Origin: Candidatus Binatia bacterium
Lineage (GTDB): Bacteria > Desulfobacterota > Binatia > UTPRO1
Direction: 5' to 3'
NCBI GenBank assembly: GCA_041485125.1
Contig: JBGPIT010000003.1
Location: 1-46,221, forward strand
DNA length: 46,221 nucleotides
In this document: piece by piece, positions 1 through 10,064 of the stretch
How the letters are laid out: each line of letters begins with the position of its first letter
Numbering within the stretch: the first letter of the stretch is position 1
Made by a program: the position numbers and the translations under genes
The notes under the pieces: model-generated
What the model saw: only the letters and a program-made list of their open reading frames with translations
The model's database searches: none
What the model was told of the DNA's origin: nothing

Positions 1-413
1 CCTAACGCGCGCCGAGGGACACCCCTCACCACCGCCCCCCGCCCCACCCGCCGGCCTCTGGAAGACGGGCATCGCGACACAACGTTCGCATCACTTCGAG
101 CCGCCGGTGTTCGCTCGCCCGTTGATGCCGGACCGTCGCGCGAGTCAGCGAGCGCGCCGACGAAACGAACGGCGCCGCGTCGACCGTGTTCGCGGCATCG
201 CGTCCCGCCGACGACGCAGCGGGCGCCTCATGCCGAGTGCGGCGACCGCGTCCTCATGAGGGTGGCGCGGGGCGGCGTGGGGGCGTGCCCGTCCGGGCGC
301 GTTAGGGCCGCCTGATGTGGCGACGGCCGCGTTTCATGCGCGATGTGCAATCGACGTAAGCACCGGGCGGCCCTCCGCGCCCGGAGGGGCACGCCCCCAC
401 GCCGCCCCGCGCC
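1..413. repeat. REP/BIME-like array of three ~38-49 bp GC-rich copies in alternating orientation
   Basis: Copy A 1-49 (cctaacgcgc...ccaccc), copy B 260-306 (inverted, ends gcgcgttagg), copy C 376-413. C matches the reverse complement of 264-301 at 37/38 nt. Confidence 0.75.
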
Positions 414-442
414 TACATTGTTTCTTGAAGGACGCCGAACGT

Positions 443-2140
443 TCAGTCAGCCATCGTGATGCGCAGGACTTCCTCGACCGTAGTGACGCCCTCCGCGATC
501 TTGTTGAGACCGCTGCGCCGCAGAGTAGTCATGCCCGCGTCCATCGCCGCGCGCTTGATCTCGGAGCTCGACGCACCCGCCAGCACCGCGTCGCGGATCG
601 CGTCGGCCATCGGCATCACTTCGTAGATCGCGATGCGTCCCTTGTAGCCGGTGGCGCTGCACTGGCTGCAGCCCGCGCCGCGGTAGCAGACCGTGGTGGC
701 GGCGAGGTCCGGCGGCATGCCGATGTCGAGCAACGACTCGAGCGGGATCGCGGCGTCCTCGCGGCAGTTGTTGCAGATCACGCGCACCAGGCGTTGCGCC
801 ATGATCAGGTTGATCGACGATGCCACCAGGAAGGGCTCGACGCCCATGTTGAGCAAGCGATTGACCGTCGACGGCGCGTCGTTGGTGTGCAGCGTCGAGA
901 GCACCAGGTGGCCGGTGAGCGCGGCCTTGACGCCGATCTCGGCGGTCTCGAAATCGCGGATCTCGCCGACCATGATGATGTCGGGGTCTTGGCGGAGAAA
1001 CGATCGCAGTGCCGCCGCGAAGGTCAAGCCGATGTCCTCGTGGATCTGCACCTGGTTGATGCCGACCAGGTTGAACTCGACGGGATCTTCCGCGGTGGAG
1101 ATGTTCGAGGCGACCTTGTTGAGCTCGGCGAGCGCCGAGTAGAGCGTCGTCGTCTTGCCGCTGCCGGTCGGGCCGGTGACGAGCACCATGCCGTGGGGCT
1201 TGTAGATGGCGTCCTTGAAGTCGGCGAGTGGGCGCTCCTCGAAGCCGAGCTTCGTCATGTCGAGCTGGAGATTCGATTTGTCGAGGAGGCGGAGCACGAC
1301 CTTCTCGCCGAAGATCGTCGGCATCACGGAGACGCGGAAGTCCATCTCCTTGTTGCCGGTGAGCTTCAGCTTGATGCGGCCGTCCTGCGGCATACGGCGC
1401 TCGGCGATGTCGAGCGAGGCCATGACCTTGATGCGCGAGGTGATCGCGTTCTTGAGCTTGATCGGCGGCTGCATGATCTCGTAGAGCACGCCGTCCATGC
1501 GGAAGCGGATGCGCAGCATCTTCTCGTAGGGCTCGACGTGGACGTCGCTGGCGTGCTTCTTGATGGCGTCGGCGAGGAGCGCGTTCACCAGCTTCACGAC
1601 CGGCGCCTCTTCGGTCGCGCGCTCGAGCTCCTGGAGATTGACCTCCTCCTCGCCCGAGACCAGCTGCACCTCCTCGCTGCTGCCGCCGATCTCGTTCAGC
1701 ACCTGATCGTAGTTGACGGCGGCATCGTAGTAGCGCTCGATCGCGGTCTGCACGGCGGTGGCGCCGGCGACGGCGATCTTCACGTCATAGCCGGTGAGGA
1801 ACTTGACCTCGTTGATCGCGACCAGGTTCGACGGATCGGCCATCGCGAGCGTCAACGTCGAGCGCACGAGGTTCACGGGGATCAGCTGGTGCTTGGCCGC
1901 CATCGTCGCGGGGACGAGGGAGAGCACCTCGGGAGGAATGTCGAGGTTGGACGGATCGACGACCGGGAGGCGGTACTCCTTCTGCAGATACGAGAGCAGC
2001 GCGTCCTCGTTGATGAAGCCGAGCTTGACCAGATGGCTCGCGAGGGCGCCGCCGTGCGCGCGCTGCTCGTCCATCGCTTTGTCGAGATGCGCGGCCGCGA
2101 TCTGTCCGCGGCGGACGAGAAGATCTCCGAGACGGGACAT
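443..2140 (-). CDS. pilB: Type IV-A pilus assembly ATPase PilB
   Basis: N-terminal MshEN-like RLGDLLVRRGQI, Walker A GPTGSGKT, AEDPVE, LRQDPDIIMVGEIRD, STLHTND and a CxxC...CxxC Zn site. Start placed at the ATG at 2140 rather than the GTG at 2233. Confidence 0.95.
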   Translation of the reverse strand: MSRLGDLLVRRGQIAAAHLDKAMDEQRAHGGALASHLVKLGFINEDALLSYLQKEYRLPVVDPSNLDIPPEVLSLVPATMAAKHQLIPVNLVRSTLTLAMADPSNLVAINEVKFLTGYDVKIAVAGATAVQTAIERYYDAAVNYDQVLNEIGGSSEEVQLVSGEEEVNLQELERATEEAPVVKLVNALLADAIKKHASDVHVEPYEKMLRIRFRMDGVLYEIMQPPIKLKNAITSRIKVMASLDIAERRMPQDGRIKLKLTGNKEMDFRVSVMPTIFGEKVVLRLLDKSNLQLDMTKLGFEERPLADFKDAIYKPHGMVLVTGPTGSGKTTTLYSALAELNKVASNISTAEDPVEFNLVGINQVQIHEDIGLTFAAALRSFLRQDPDIIMVGEIRDFETAEIGVKAALTGHLVLSTLHTNDAPSTVNRLLNMGVEPFLVASSINLIMAQRLVRVICNNCREDAAIPLESLLDIGMPPDLAATTVCYRGAGCSQCSATGYKGRIAIYEVMPMADAIRDAVLAGASSSEIKRAAMDAGMTTLRRSGLNKIAEGVTTVEEVLRITMAD

Positions 2141-2377
2141 GGGCGTCACGACCGAGCTCGCGCGGGGAAGCACGGTCCGTACCGCAGGACGGGGCGAACG
2201 CTGGGGAGCATTTACCTCATCGTAAGAATCCACGCCTCTCCTCTCAACGGGTAAAAAGAGCGACGGGCGCCATGAAAGTGACGATCGCGCTTCGGTGACA
2301 CGTCAGGCCTCGGCTGAGTATCGGCAGCCCGGGTGTCAGGCGTGAGCGTTCGGGCGCCGAGACTCGAGGCCGTGCGC

Positions 2378-3340
2378 TCAGCGCAGCGCGCGTGTCAGGG
2401 CGCGGCGCATGACCTCGATCGGAGCCTTCCGGCCGGTCCACAGCCGGAACGCCAACGCACCTTGATGGAGGAGCATGCCGCGACCATCGACGGCACGCCG
2501 TCCGGCGGCCGCGGCATGACGCAGGAATCGCGATGGTTTGGCGCCATAGACGAGATCGAAGCACAGCGCGTCGGGTCGCGTCCGCGCCCACGCGATCGGC
2601 GGCAGCTCGGTGCCGGCGAGACCGGTGGTCGTGCAGTTCACGATCAAGTCGGCGTGCCCGAGCGTCGCGGCGTCGCGCAAGAGCTCGAGTCCCGCGGCGC
2701 GGACGCGGAGCGGTGCCGGCGTGCAGCCGGCTTTCTCGCCGCGGGTCGCGCGTACGCGTGCGCCCGTACGGACACCGCGCCGCTCGGGCGTGCGTCGGGC
2801 CGCGCGCGACGGCGCGAGCGTTGTGGCGAGCGTCTTGGCGAGCGCCTCGGCGCGGGCGACGGTGCGGTTCAGGACGATCACCTCGGCCGCGCCGGCGCGC
2901 AGCAGCGCGTCGGCGACACTGCGCGCCGAGCCACCGGCGCCGATCACCAGCGCGCGCATCCCGCGCGGCCGGAGCCGCGCATCGGCGAGCGCCGCCAGGA
3001 ACCCGTCGCCGTCGGTGCTGTCGCCGAGCAACCCGCGCGGCGTCCGGATCACGGTATTCACGGCGCCGCACGCACGCGCGCGCGGAAGAACCTCGTCGAC
3101 CAGCGCAAGCATCGCCTCCTTGTGCGGCACGGTGACGTTGAAGCCGGCGAGTCGCGCGGCGGCAAAGCCGCGCACCGCGTCCGGCAACGCCGCCGGCGCG
3201 ACGCGGAGCGCGACGTAGACGGCGTCGAGGCGGCAGGCGGCGAAAGCGGCGTTCTGCATGACGGGCGACAGGCTGTGCTCGACGGGGTCGCCGATCACCG
3301 CGTAGACGCGCGTCGTGCCGCGGATCGCCGGCGCGGTCAC
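2378..3340 (-). CDS. aroE: Shikimate dehydrogenase
   Basis: GDPVEHSLSP, NVTVPHK, GAVNT, TDGDG, GAGGSAR, DLVY and DGRGMLLHQG. GTG start at 3340 with GGGAG upstream. Confidence 0.93.
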   Translation of the reverse strand: MTAPAIRGTTRVYAVIGDPVEHSLSPVMQNAAFAACRLDAVYVALRVAPAALPDAVRGFAAARLAGFNVTVPHKEAMLALVDEVLPRARACGAVNTVIRTPRGLLGDSTDGDGFLAALADARLRPRGMRALVIGAGGSARSVADALLRAGAAEVIVLNRTVARAEALAKTLATTLAPSRAARRTPERRGVRTGARVRATRGEKAGCTPAPLRVRAAGLELLRDAATLGHADLIVNCTTTGLAGTELPPIAWARTRPDALCFDLVYGAKPSRFLRHAAAAGRRAVDGRGMLLHQGALAFRLWTGRKAPIEVMRRALTRALR

Positions 3341-3407
3341 GCGTGCTCCCGGCGCCGCGGATGCGCGCGCGAGCCGGCGTGCGGCGCCCGCGCGTTCATC
3401 GACGACC

Positions 3408-6266
3408 TCAGTCGTCGAGCGCGGCCTGCGCCGCGGCGAGCCGCGCGATCGGCACGCGGTACGGAGAGCACGACACGTAGTCGAGGCCAACCTTGTGACA
3501 GAACACGACCGAGCTCGGCTCGCCGCCGTGCTCGCCGCAGATGCCGATCTTGAGGCCGGCACGGGCGGCGCGGCCTTTCTCGACCGCGATGCGGACGAGC
3601 TGGCCGATGCCGTCCTGATCGAGGACGGCGAAGGGGTCGGCGGGCAGGATGCCGCGCTCGACGTAGGCAGGGAGGAACGTGTTCGAGTCGTCGCGCGACA
3701 GGCCGAAGCCCATTTGCGTCAGATCGTTGGTGCCGAACGAGAAGAAGTCCGCTTCGGTCGCGATCTCGCCGGCGGTGAGCGCGGCGCGCGGCACCTCGAT
3801 CATGGTGCCGATGGTGTAGGGAACGCGCGCGCCGGTGTCGCGGATGATCTGCTCGCACAGCTCTCGCGCCTGCCGGCGGAGGATGCGCAGCTCCTCGACG
3901 TGACCGACGAGCGGAATCATGATCTCGGGGCGCACCTGGACGCGCTCGGCGGCGAGTGTGCACGCGGCTTCCATGATCGCGCGCACCTGCATCAGGTAGA
4001 TCTCGGGATACATGATGCCCAATCGGCAGCCGCGCATGCCCAGCATGGGGTTGACCTCGGCGAGCGCGTCGCGGCGGGCCCGTAGCTCCGCCGGATCGAC
4101 GCCGATCTTGCGCGCGAGATCGACGACGTCCTCGTCGCCGTGCGGCAGGAACTCGTGCAGCGGCGGGTCGAGCAAGCGGATGTTGACCGGCAGGCCGGCC
4201 ATTGCGCGGAAGATCTCGAGGAAGTCGCCGCGTTGCATGGGCAGGAGCTTCGCGAGCGCGCGCTCGCGGCCCGCCGTGTCGCGCGCCAGGATCATCTCGC
4301 GGACGGCGTCGATGCGCTCCGGATCGAAGAACATGTGCTCGGTGCGACAGAGCCCGATGCCTTCGGCGCCGAAGCGGCGCGCGACCGCCGCGTCCTGCGG
4401 CGTGTCGGCATTGGCGCGCACCTTGAGGCGGCGGGTCTTGTCGGCCCAGGCCATGAGGGTCGCGAAGTCGCCGCTCTCGCCCTGCCGCGGCACCGTCGGC
4501 ACGCGGCCGCGGAAGACCTCGCCGGTCGAGCCGTCGAGCGTGATCCAGTCGCCGCGGCCGATCCGCGCGGCGCCGACGTTGAAGACGCCCTCGTCGTAGC
4601 GGATGTCGAGCGCGGCGCAGCCGGCGACGCAGGTCTTGCCCATGCCGCGCGCCACGACCGCCGCGTGCGAGGCCTGACCGCCGCGCGCGGTGAGGATGCC
4701 CTCGGCGACCGTCATGCCGTGGATGTCCTCGGGCGAAGTCTCGACGCGGACGAGGATCACCTTGCGACCTGCGCGTACGGCGTCCTGCGCCGCATCGGCG
4801 CTGAAGACGACCTCGCCGCTCGCCGCGCCGGGCGACGCCGGAATGCCCTTGGCGAGGAGCTCTTTCTCGGCGGACGGATCGAGCGTCGGATGGAGGAGCT
4901 GGTCGATCGAGCCGGCCTCGACGCGCCTGAGCGCGGTCGCGCGGTCGATGACCCGCTCGCGTACCATGTCGACCGCGACCTTCACGGCGGCGAACGCGGT
5001 GCGCTTGCCGTTCCGCGTCTGCAGCATCCAGAGCCGGTCGCGCTCGATCGTGAACTCGAGATCCTGCATGTCGCGGTAGTGGCGCTCGAGCTGGCGCGCG
5101 ATCTTCTCCAGCTGCTTGTACGCCGGCGGCATCAGCTCCTCGAGCGACGGGAAGCGCTGCGCGCGCTCCTGTTCGCTCATGCCCTGCGCCCGCGCGTGCG
5201 CGATCGAGGCCTCGCGGCGGAGCTGCTGCGGCATGCGGATCCCGGCGACGACGTCCTCGCCCTGCGCGTTGCGTAGAAAATCGCCGTACAGCGCGTTCTC
5301 ACCGGTTGCCGGATCGCGCGAGAAGGCGACACCGGTCGCGCAGTCGTCGCCGAGGTTGCCGAAGACCATCGCCTGCACGTTCACCGCCGTGCCCCACGCT
5401 TCCGGGATGTTGTAGTGCTTGCGGTAGGTGATCGCGCGCGCGTTGTTCCACGAGCCGAAGACCGCGCCGATCGCGCCCCAGAGCTGCTCCTGCGGATCGC
5501 TCGGGAACGTCACGCCGAGGCGGCTCTGGATCAGGCCTTTGAACTGGGCGACGAGCGTGCGGAGATCGTCCTCGCGCAGATCGGCGTCGCTCTCGACGCC
5601 GCGCGTGCGCTTCATGGTCTCGAGGATCTCCTCGAACGGATCCTGTTCGTCGTGCTCCGGCTTCAAGCCCAGGACCACGTCGCCGTACATCTGGACGAAA
5701 CGTCGGTACGAGTCCCACGCGAAGCGCGGATTGCCGGAGACCTGCGCGAGCCCCTCCACGGTCTCGTCGTTGAGGCCGAGGTTCAGCACCGTGTCCATCA
5801 TCCCCGGCATCGACGCCCGGGCGCCGGAGCGGACGGAGACGAGGAGCGGGTTCTTGGGATCGCCGAACTTGCGGCCGACGATCTGCTCGATGCGGGCGAG
5901 GTTGTCGGCGACGTGTTTCTTCAGCGCCGTCGGATAGCTCCGACCGTGCGCGGTGTAGTACGTGCACACCTCGGTCGAGATGGTGAAGCCGGGTGGCACC
6001 GGCAGACCGAGACCCGCCATCTCCGCCAGGTTCGCGCCCTTGCCGCCGAGGAGGTTCTTCATCTCCGCGCGGCCGTCGGCCTGACCGGCGGAGAAGAAGT
6101 AGACGTACTTGCCCGCGCGTGCGGCAGCCGCGCGTGGCTTGCTGCTGGACCGCTTTGCGGTGATCACGCGCGACTTCGCTTTGGCGCGCGTCGACTTCGC
6201 GCGCACCTTCGGCGCCGTGCCCCGCGACCGCTTCCGCCCCGCCCCTCGACCTCGTACCGTCGCCAC
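3408..6266 (-). CDS. ppdK: Pyruvate, phosphate dikinase with a basic N-terminal extension
   Basis: [39 protein letters not shown] phospho-His motif, [21 protein letters not shown] and GICGEHGG. Confidence 0.97.
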   Translation of the reverse strand: MATVRGRGAGRKRSRGTAPKVRAKSTRAKAKSRVITAKRSSSKPRAAAARAGKYVYFFSAGQADGRAEMKNLLGGKGANLAEMAGLGLPVPPGFTISTEVCTYYTAHGRSYPTALKKHVADNLARIEQIVGRKFGDPKNPLLVSVRSGARASMPGMMDTVLNLGLNDETVEGLAQVSGNPRFAWDSYRRFVQMYGDVVLGLKPEHDEQDPFEEILETMKRTRGVESDADLREDDLRTLVAQFKGLIQSRLGVTFPSDPQEQLWGAIGAVFGSWNNARAITYRKHYNIPEAWGTAVNVQAMVFGNLGDDCATGVAFSRDPATGENALYGDFLRNAQGEDVVAGIRMPQQLRREASIAHARAQGMSEQERAQRFPSLEELMPPAYKQLEKIARQLERHYRDMQDLEFTIERDRLWMLQTRNGKRTAFAAVKVAVDMVRERVIDRATALRRVEAGSIDQLLHPTLDPSAEKELLAKGIPASPGAASGEVVFSADAAQDAVRAGRKVILVRVETSPEDIHGMTVAEGILTARGGQASHAAVVARGMGKTCVAGCAALDIRYDEGVFNVGAARIGRGDWITLDGSTGEVFRGRVPTVPRQGESGDFATLMAWADKTRRLKVRANADTPQDAAVARRFGAEGIGLCRTEHMFFDPERIDAVREMILARDTAGRERALAKLLPMQRGDFLEIFRAMAGLPVNIRLLDPPLHEFLPHGDEDVVDLARKIGVDPAELRARRDALAEVNPMLGMRGCRLGIMYPEIYLMQVRAIMEAACTLAAERVQVRPEIMIPLVGHVEELRILRRQARELCEQIIRDTGARVPYTIGTMIEVPRAALTAGEIATEADFFSFGTNDLTQMGFGLSRDDSNTFLPAYVERGILPADPFAVLDQDGIGQLVRIAVEKGRAARAGLKIGICGEHGGEPSSVVFCHKVGLDYVSCSPYRVPIARLAAAQAALDD

Positions 6267-6268
6267 GC

Positions 6269-7621
6269 TCAGCTCACGCTCCCGCCCGCGGCGGCGACCG
6301 GCGCCGGCATGCTCGCCGGTGACAGACGCGCCCGCAGCTCCAAAATCAGGTTGTCGATCGCGAGCCGCACCTGCTGCATCGAGTCGCGGTCGCGCAAGGT
6401 CACCGTGCCGTCCTGCATGGTCTGATGATCGACCGTGATCGCGAACGGCGTGCCGATCTCGTCCTGGCGCCGGTAGCGGCGGCCGATCGCGCCCGCCTGG
6501 TCGTAGGTGACGGCGAAGTGCTGCTTCAGCACGTCGCGGATCTCGAGCGCCTTCTCCGGCTGGCCCGCCTTCCGCAGCAGCGGGAAGACGGCGACCTTGA
6601 TCGGTGCGAGGCGCGGATCAATACGCAGCACCACGCGCTCCTCGCCGTCGGCGACGTCCTCGTCGTAGGCGTCGACCAGGAACGCCAGCAGCGGACGGCC
6701 GACGCCGGCGGACGGCTCGATCACGTACGGCACGAAGCGCTCGCGGGTCTCGTCGTCGAAGTAGGAGAGATCCTTGCCGCTGTACTCGGAGTGGCGCTTC
6801 AGATCGAAGTCGGCGCGATTGGCGATGCCCTCGAGCTCCGACCAGCCGAAGGGAAACTCGTACTCGACGTCGGCGCAGCCTTTGGCGTAGTGCGCGAGCT
6901 CGTCGGAGCCGTGCTCGCGCAGACGCAGGCGCTCGCGGCGGATCCCGTAGCGCTGGTACCAGGCGAAGCGCTCCGCTTTCCAGAACTCGTGCCAGCGCTG
7001 GTCGTCGCCGGGCTTCACGAAGAACTCGATCTCCATCTGCTCGAACTCACGCGTCCGGAAGAGGAAGTTGCCGGGGGTGATCTCGTTGCGGAACGACTTG
7101 CCGATCTGGCCGATGCCGAAGGGCAGCTTGAGCCGCGACGCGTTCAGCACGTTCTGGAAGTTGACGAAGATGCCCTGCGCCGTCTCCGGCCGGAGGTAGA
7201 CCGTGCTCGCGGTGTCCTCGACTGGACCCATGAACGTCCGAAACATCAAGTTGAACTTGCGAGAGTCGGTGAGCTCACCGCCGCATGCGGGACAGCGCTC
7301 GCCCGAGAGCTGGTCGGCGCGGAAGCGCTGCTTGCACGACTTGCAGTCGACGAGCGGGTCGGTGAAGCCCTCGATGTGCCCCGACGCCTCCCACACGCGC
7401 GGGTGCATGAGGATCGAGCTGTCGAGGCCGACCATGTCCTCGCGCGACGTGATGTTGTCGCGCCACCACGCCTCGGTGATGTTCTTCTTGAGCTCGATGC
7501 CGAGCGGCCCGTAGTCCCAGCAGCTCGCGAGACCGCCGTAGATCTCGCTCGATTGGTAGACGAAGCCCCGCCGCTTACAGAGGCTGGTGATCTTCTCCAT
7601 GGTGACGGGACGTGCGGTCAT
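6269..7621 (-). CDS. glyQS: Glycine--tRNA ligase, alpha2 homodimeric type
   Basis: [57 protein letters not shown] and the anticodon domain [14 protein letters not shown]. Start is 7621 or 7600. Confidence 0.96.
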   Translation of the reverse strand: MTARPVTMEKITSLCKRRGFVYQSSEIYGGLASCWDYGPLGIELKKNITEAWWRDNITSREDMVGLDSSILMHPRVWEASGHIEGFTDPLVDCKSCKQRFRADQLSGERCPACGGELTDSRKFNLMFRTFMGPVEDTASTVYLRPETAQGIFVNFQNVLNASRLKLPFGIGQIGKSFRNEITPGNFLFRTREFEQMEIEFFVKPGDDQRWHEFWKAERFAWYQRYGIRRERLRLREHGSDELAHYAKGCADVEYEFPFGWSELEGIANRADFDLKRHSEYSGKDLSYFDDETRERFVPYVIEPSAGVGRPLLAFLVDAYDEDVADGEERVVLRIDPRLAPIKVAVFPLLRKAGQPEKALEIRDVLKQHFAVTYDQAGAIGRRYRRQDEIGTPFAITVDHQTMQDGTVTLRDRDSMQQVRLAIDNLILELRARLSPASMPAPVAAAGGSVS

Positions 7622-7786
7622 GAGGCGAGCCAGAGTCGTTATCACCCGAGGTATGAGGGGTCAATTTATCGTGCCCGCGCGCGAGCATACGACGTCCCGC
7701 GCCGCCGCGTCCGACGCATCTTGGACACAGCGGCACCGATGCGACGGTAGGAAGTCGTCGCGGCGCGTCTGAGCGGCCGAGGACGG

Positions 7787-7802
7787 AGGCATGAGGTTTG
7801 CT
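7787..7802 (+). promoter_or_regulatory. Putative sigma54 (-24/-12) promoter of the histidine kinase gene
   Basis: aGGCATGaggtTTGCT has exact GG-N10-GC spacing and is close to the TGGCACG-N4-TTGCW consensus. Confidence 0.55.
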
Positions 7803-7815
7803 CGCATTCCGGCGA

Positions 7816-9875
7816 ATGGGATCGACGCGCTTCCCGGCCACCGCCGTCGATGCCGCCGCGGCTGCCGTCACGCTCCGCACAGCGACCGAAGACGGTCCGG
7901 CGAAGGCCGGCGAGAGCGGACGCGCCGCGCTCTTCGAAACCGTCTTTCGGGATTCGCCCGACGGGATCGTCGTCGTCGACGCGATCGTCGGGACGATCAT
8001 CGAGTGCAACGGCGCGGTCCGCCAGTTCCTCGGCTACGAGCCGGAGCGCTTGCTCGGCGCGCGCTTCGATCCGCTCTTCGCGGAGGCCGCGGTCGACGAG
8101 TTGCCGCTCGTCGAGCGGGTGCGTTTGCACGGCGGCGTCTTCGAGGAGCGCGACCTGCGCCGCATCGACGGCTCGCGCTGCGCGATGCGCCTCCGCACCG
8201 CGAGCGCGCGGTGGGACGACCACCCGGTCGTCATCATCACCTTGCGCGACGTACGCGAGCGCCGCCGCGCGGAGGCGGCACGCCGATCCGCGGAGGCGAA
8301 GTACCGCCGCATCTTCGAGCAGGCGGTCGAGGGCATTTTCCAAACCACGCCCGACGGGCGGTACGTGGCCGCCAACCCGGCGCTCGCCCGCATCTACGGC
8401 TACGATTCCGCCGACGAGCTCATGGTGCAGCTGACCGACATCGCCGGGCAGCTCTACGTCGACCCGACGCGACGGACCGCGTTCCGCCGCCTGCTCGACG
8501 AGTCGGACGTCGTGCGCGATTTCGAGTCGGAGGTCTATCGCCGCGACGGCAGCGTCACCTGGATCTCGGAGAACGCCCGTGCGGTGCGTGACGCCGGCGG
8601 CACGCTGCGCAACTACGAAGGCACCGTCGTCGACGTCTCGGAGCGCAAGCACGCGGAGGAGGCGCGGCGGGCCGAGGCCGAGGTGGCGCACGCCTTGGCG
8701 CTCGCCGGACGTGAGCTGATCTCCTCGATCGACTCGCCGGCGATCTTCGACCGGCTGTGCGCACTCACCGCGGAGGTGCTGGCCTGCGATTGGACGAACG
8801 CCTGGATGTGGGACGCCAAGCAGGAGCTCTACGTCGCGGTCGCGAGCGGAGGACGTCCGCCCGACGGCGCGCGCGCGGCGCGGCTGACGATGCCGCGCGC
8901 CGGCTTTGCGGATTTGCTCCAGCGTCTCGAGCCCGACGAGATCGCGATCGTCGACGCGACTACGGCAGACGTGCTGGGATCGTCGCTCCGTACGCTGCAG
9001 CGCGACTGCTCGAGCGCGCTCTACTTCGCCGTCCGTCGCGGTGGGGTGTGCGTCGGGCGTGCTCATGGCCGCCTATCGCCGCGGTAGCGACCCGTTCAGC
9101 GCCGGCCACCAGCGCATCGCGCGCGGCCTTGCCCATCTCGCGTCGGTTGCGCTCGAGCACGCCCGCGTCCTCGAGGAGCTCGCGCGCGCGAGCCGGCTCA
9201 AGTCGGAGTTCGTCGCCACGATCTCCCACGAGCTGCGCACGCCGCTCAACATCATCATCGGCTACAACGATCTGCTGCGCGACGACTGCGGCGCGGCCCT
9301 CGATCCCGAGCAGGCGGAGATGCTGGCGCGCATCGGAGCGACCGCCCGTCAGCTCGCCGCGCTCATCAACGCGACGCTCGACTTGAGCCGCCTCGAGAGC
9401 GGCGCGCTGCGCGTCGATCTCGGCGCCGTCCCGCTAGGACCTGGTCCGCCAGCTCGAGCTCGAGACGCACGAGCTGGCGCGCGAGAAGCCGGCGGTCGCG
9501 GTCCGCTGGCGCCTCGCCGACGTCGTCGTGATCCATACCGATCCGGCGAAGCTCAAGATCATCCTGAAAAATCTGATCGACAACGCGGTGAAGTTCACGG
9601 AACGCGGCGCGGTGACGATCAGCGTCGAGCCGCGTCTCGAGGGGATCGAGTTCGCCGTCGCCGATACCGGCATCGGCATCGAGCCGCGGGCGCTGTCGTA
9701 CATATTCGAGGCGTTTCGCCAGGGCGACGCCTCGACGACCCGGCGGCACGACGGCGTCGGGCTCGGCCTTCACGTCGTGCAGCGCTTCACCGAGCTGCTC
9801 GATGGCACGGTGACCGTGACGAGCACGCCTTGTGTCGGCTCGACGTTCCGCGTCTGGCTTCCGCTCCGCACCTAG
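7816..9875 (+). pseudogene. PAS-PAS-GAF sensor histidine kinase with two +1 frameshifts (pseudogene or sequencing errors)
   Basis: PAS/GAF in ORF 7798-9087, H-box SHELRTPLN in ORF 8906-10039, and N/G boxes (NLIDNAVKFT, DTGIGI, GVGLGL) in ORF 9528-9875. Frame switches at ~9056 and ~9437. Confidence 0.85.
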
Positions 9876-10038
9876 TGTCGCGTTTCGGAAATCCCAGGCA
9901 CGGGCGGGCGTCGAGCCGCCCCGCTGGCAAGGCGCGCGACCGAGGCATAGTCGCGTGCTATGCCGCAGGGAGCGCAACGCAGCCAGCGGGGATGGATTGG
10001 CGGCCGGACGTGCCTGCGATTTCCGAGACGCGACACTA
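9873..10038. mobile_element. MITE-like non-autonomous element, 166 bp
   Basis: Terminal inverted repeats 9873-9902 and 10009-10038 match at 28/30 nt and are bounded by TA. Nested IRs at 9919-9928/9982-9991 and 9944-9950/9958-9964. No transposase. Confidence 0.75.
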
Positions 10039-10064
10039 ATGTCCCGGCCCGGCCGACCGGTCGC

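Noticed and set aside
1-413. Repeats as a CRISPR array
   Set aside because: The copies alternate in orientation with irregular spacing, and there are no cas genes.
317-2254. 645-aa plus-strand ORF, and similar long ORFs antisense to ppdK, glyQS, purH and the cytochrome genes
   Set aside because: Shadow ORFs opposite well-supported genes. High-GC codon bias removes stop codons, and no motifs are present.
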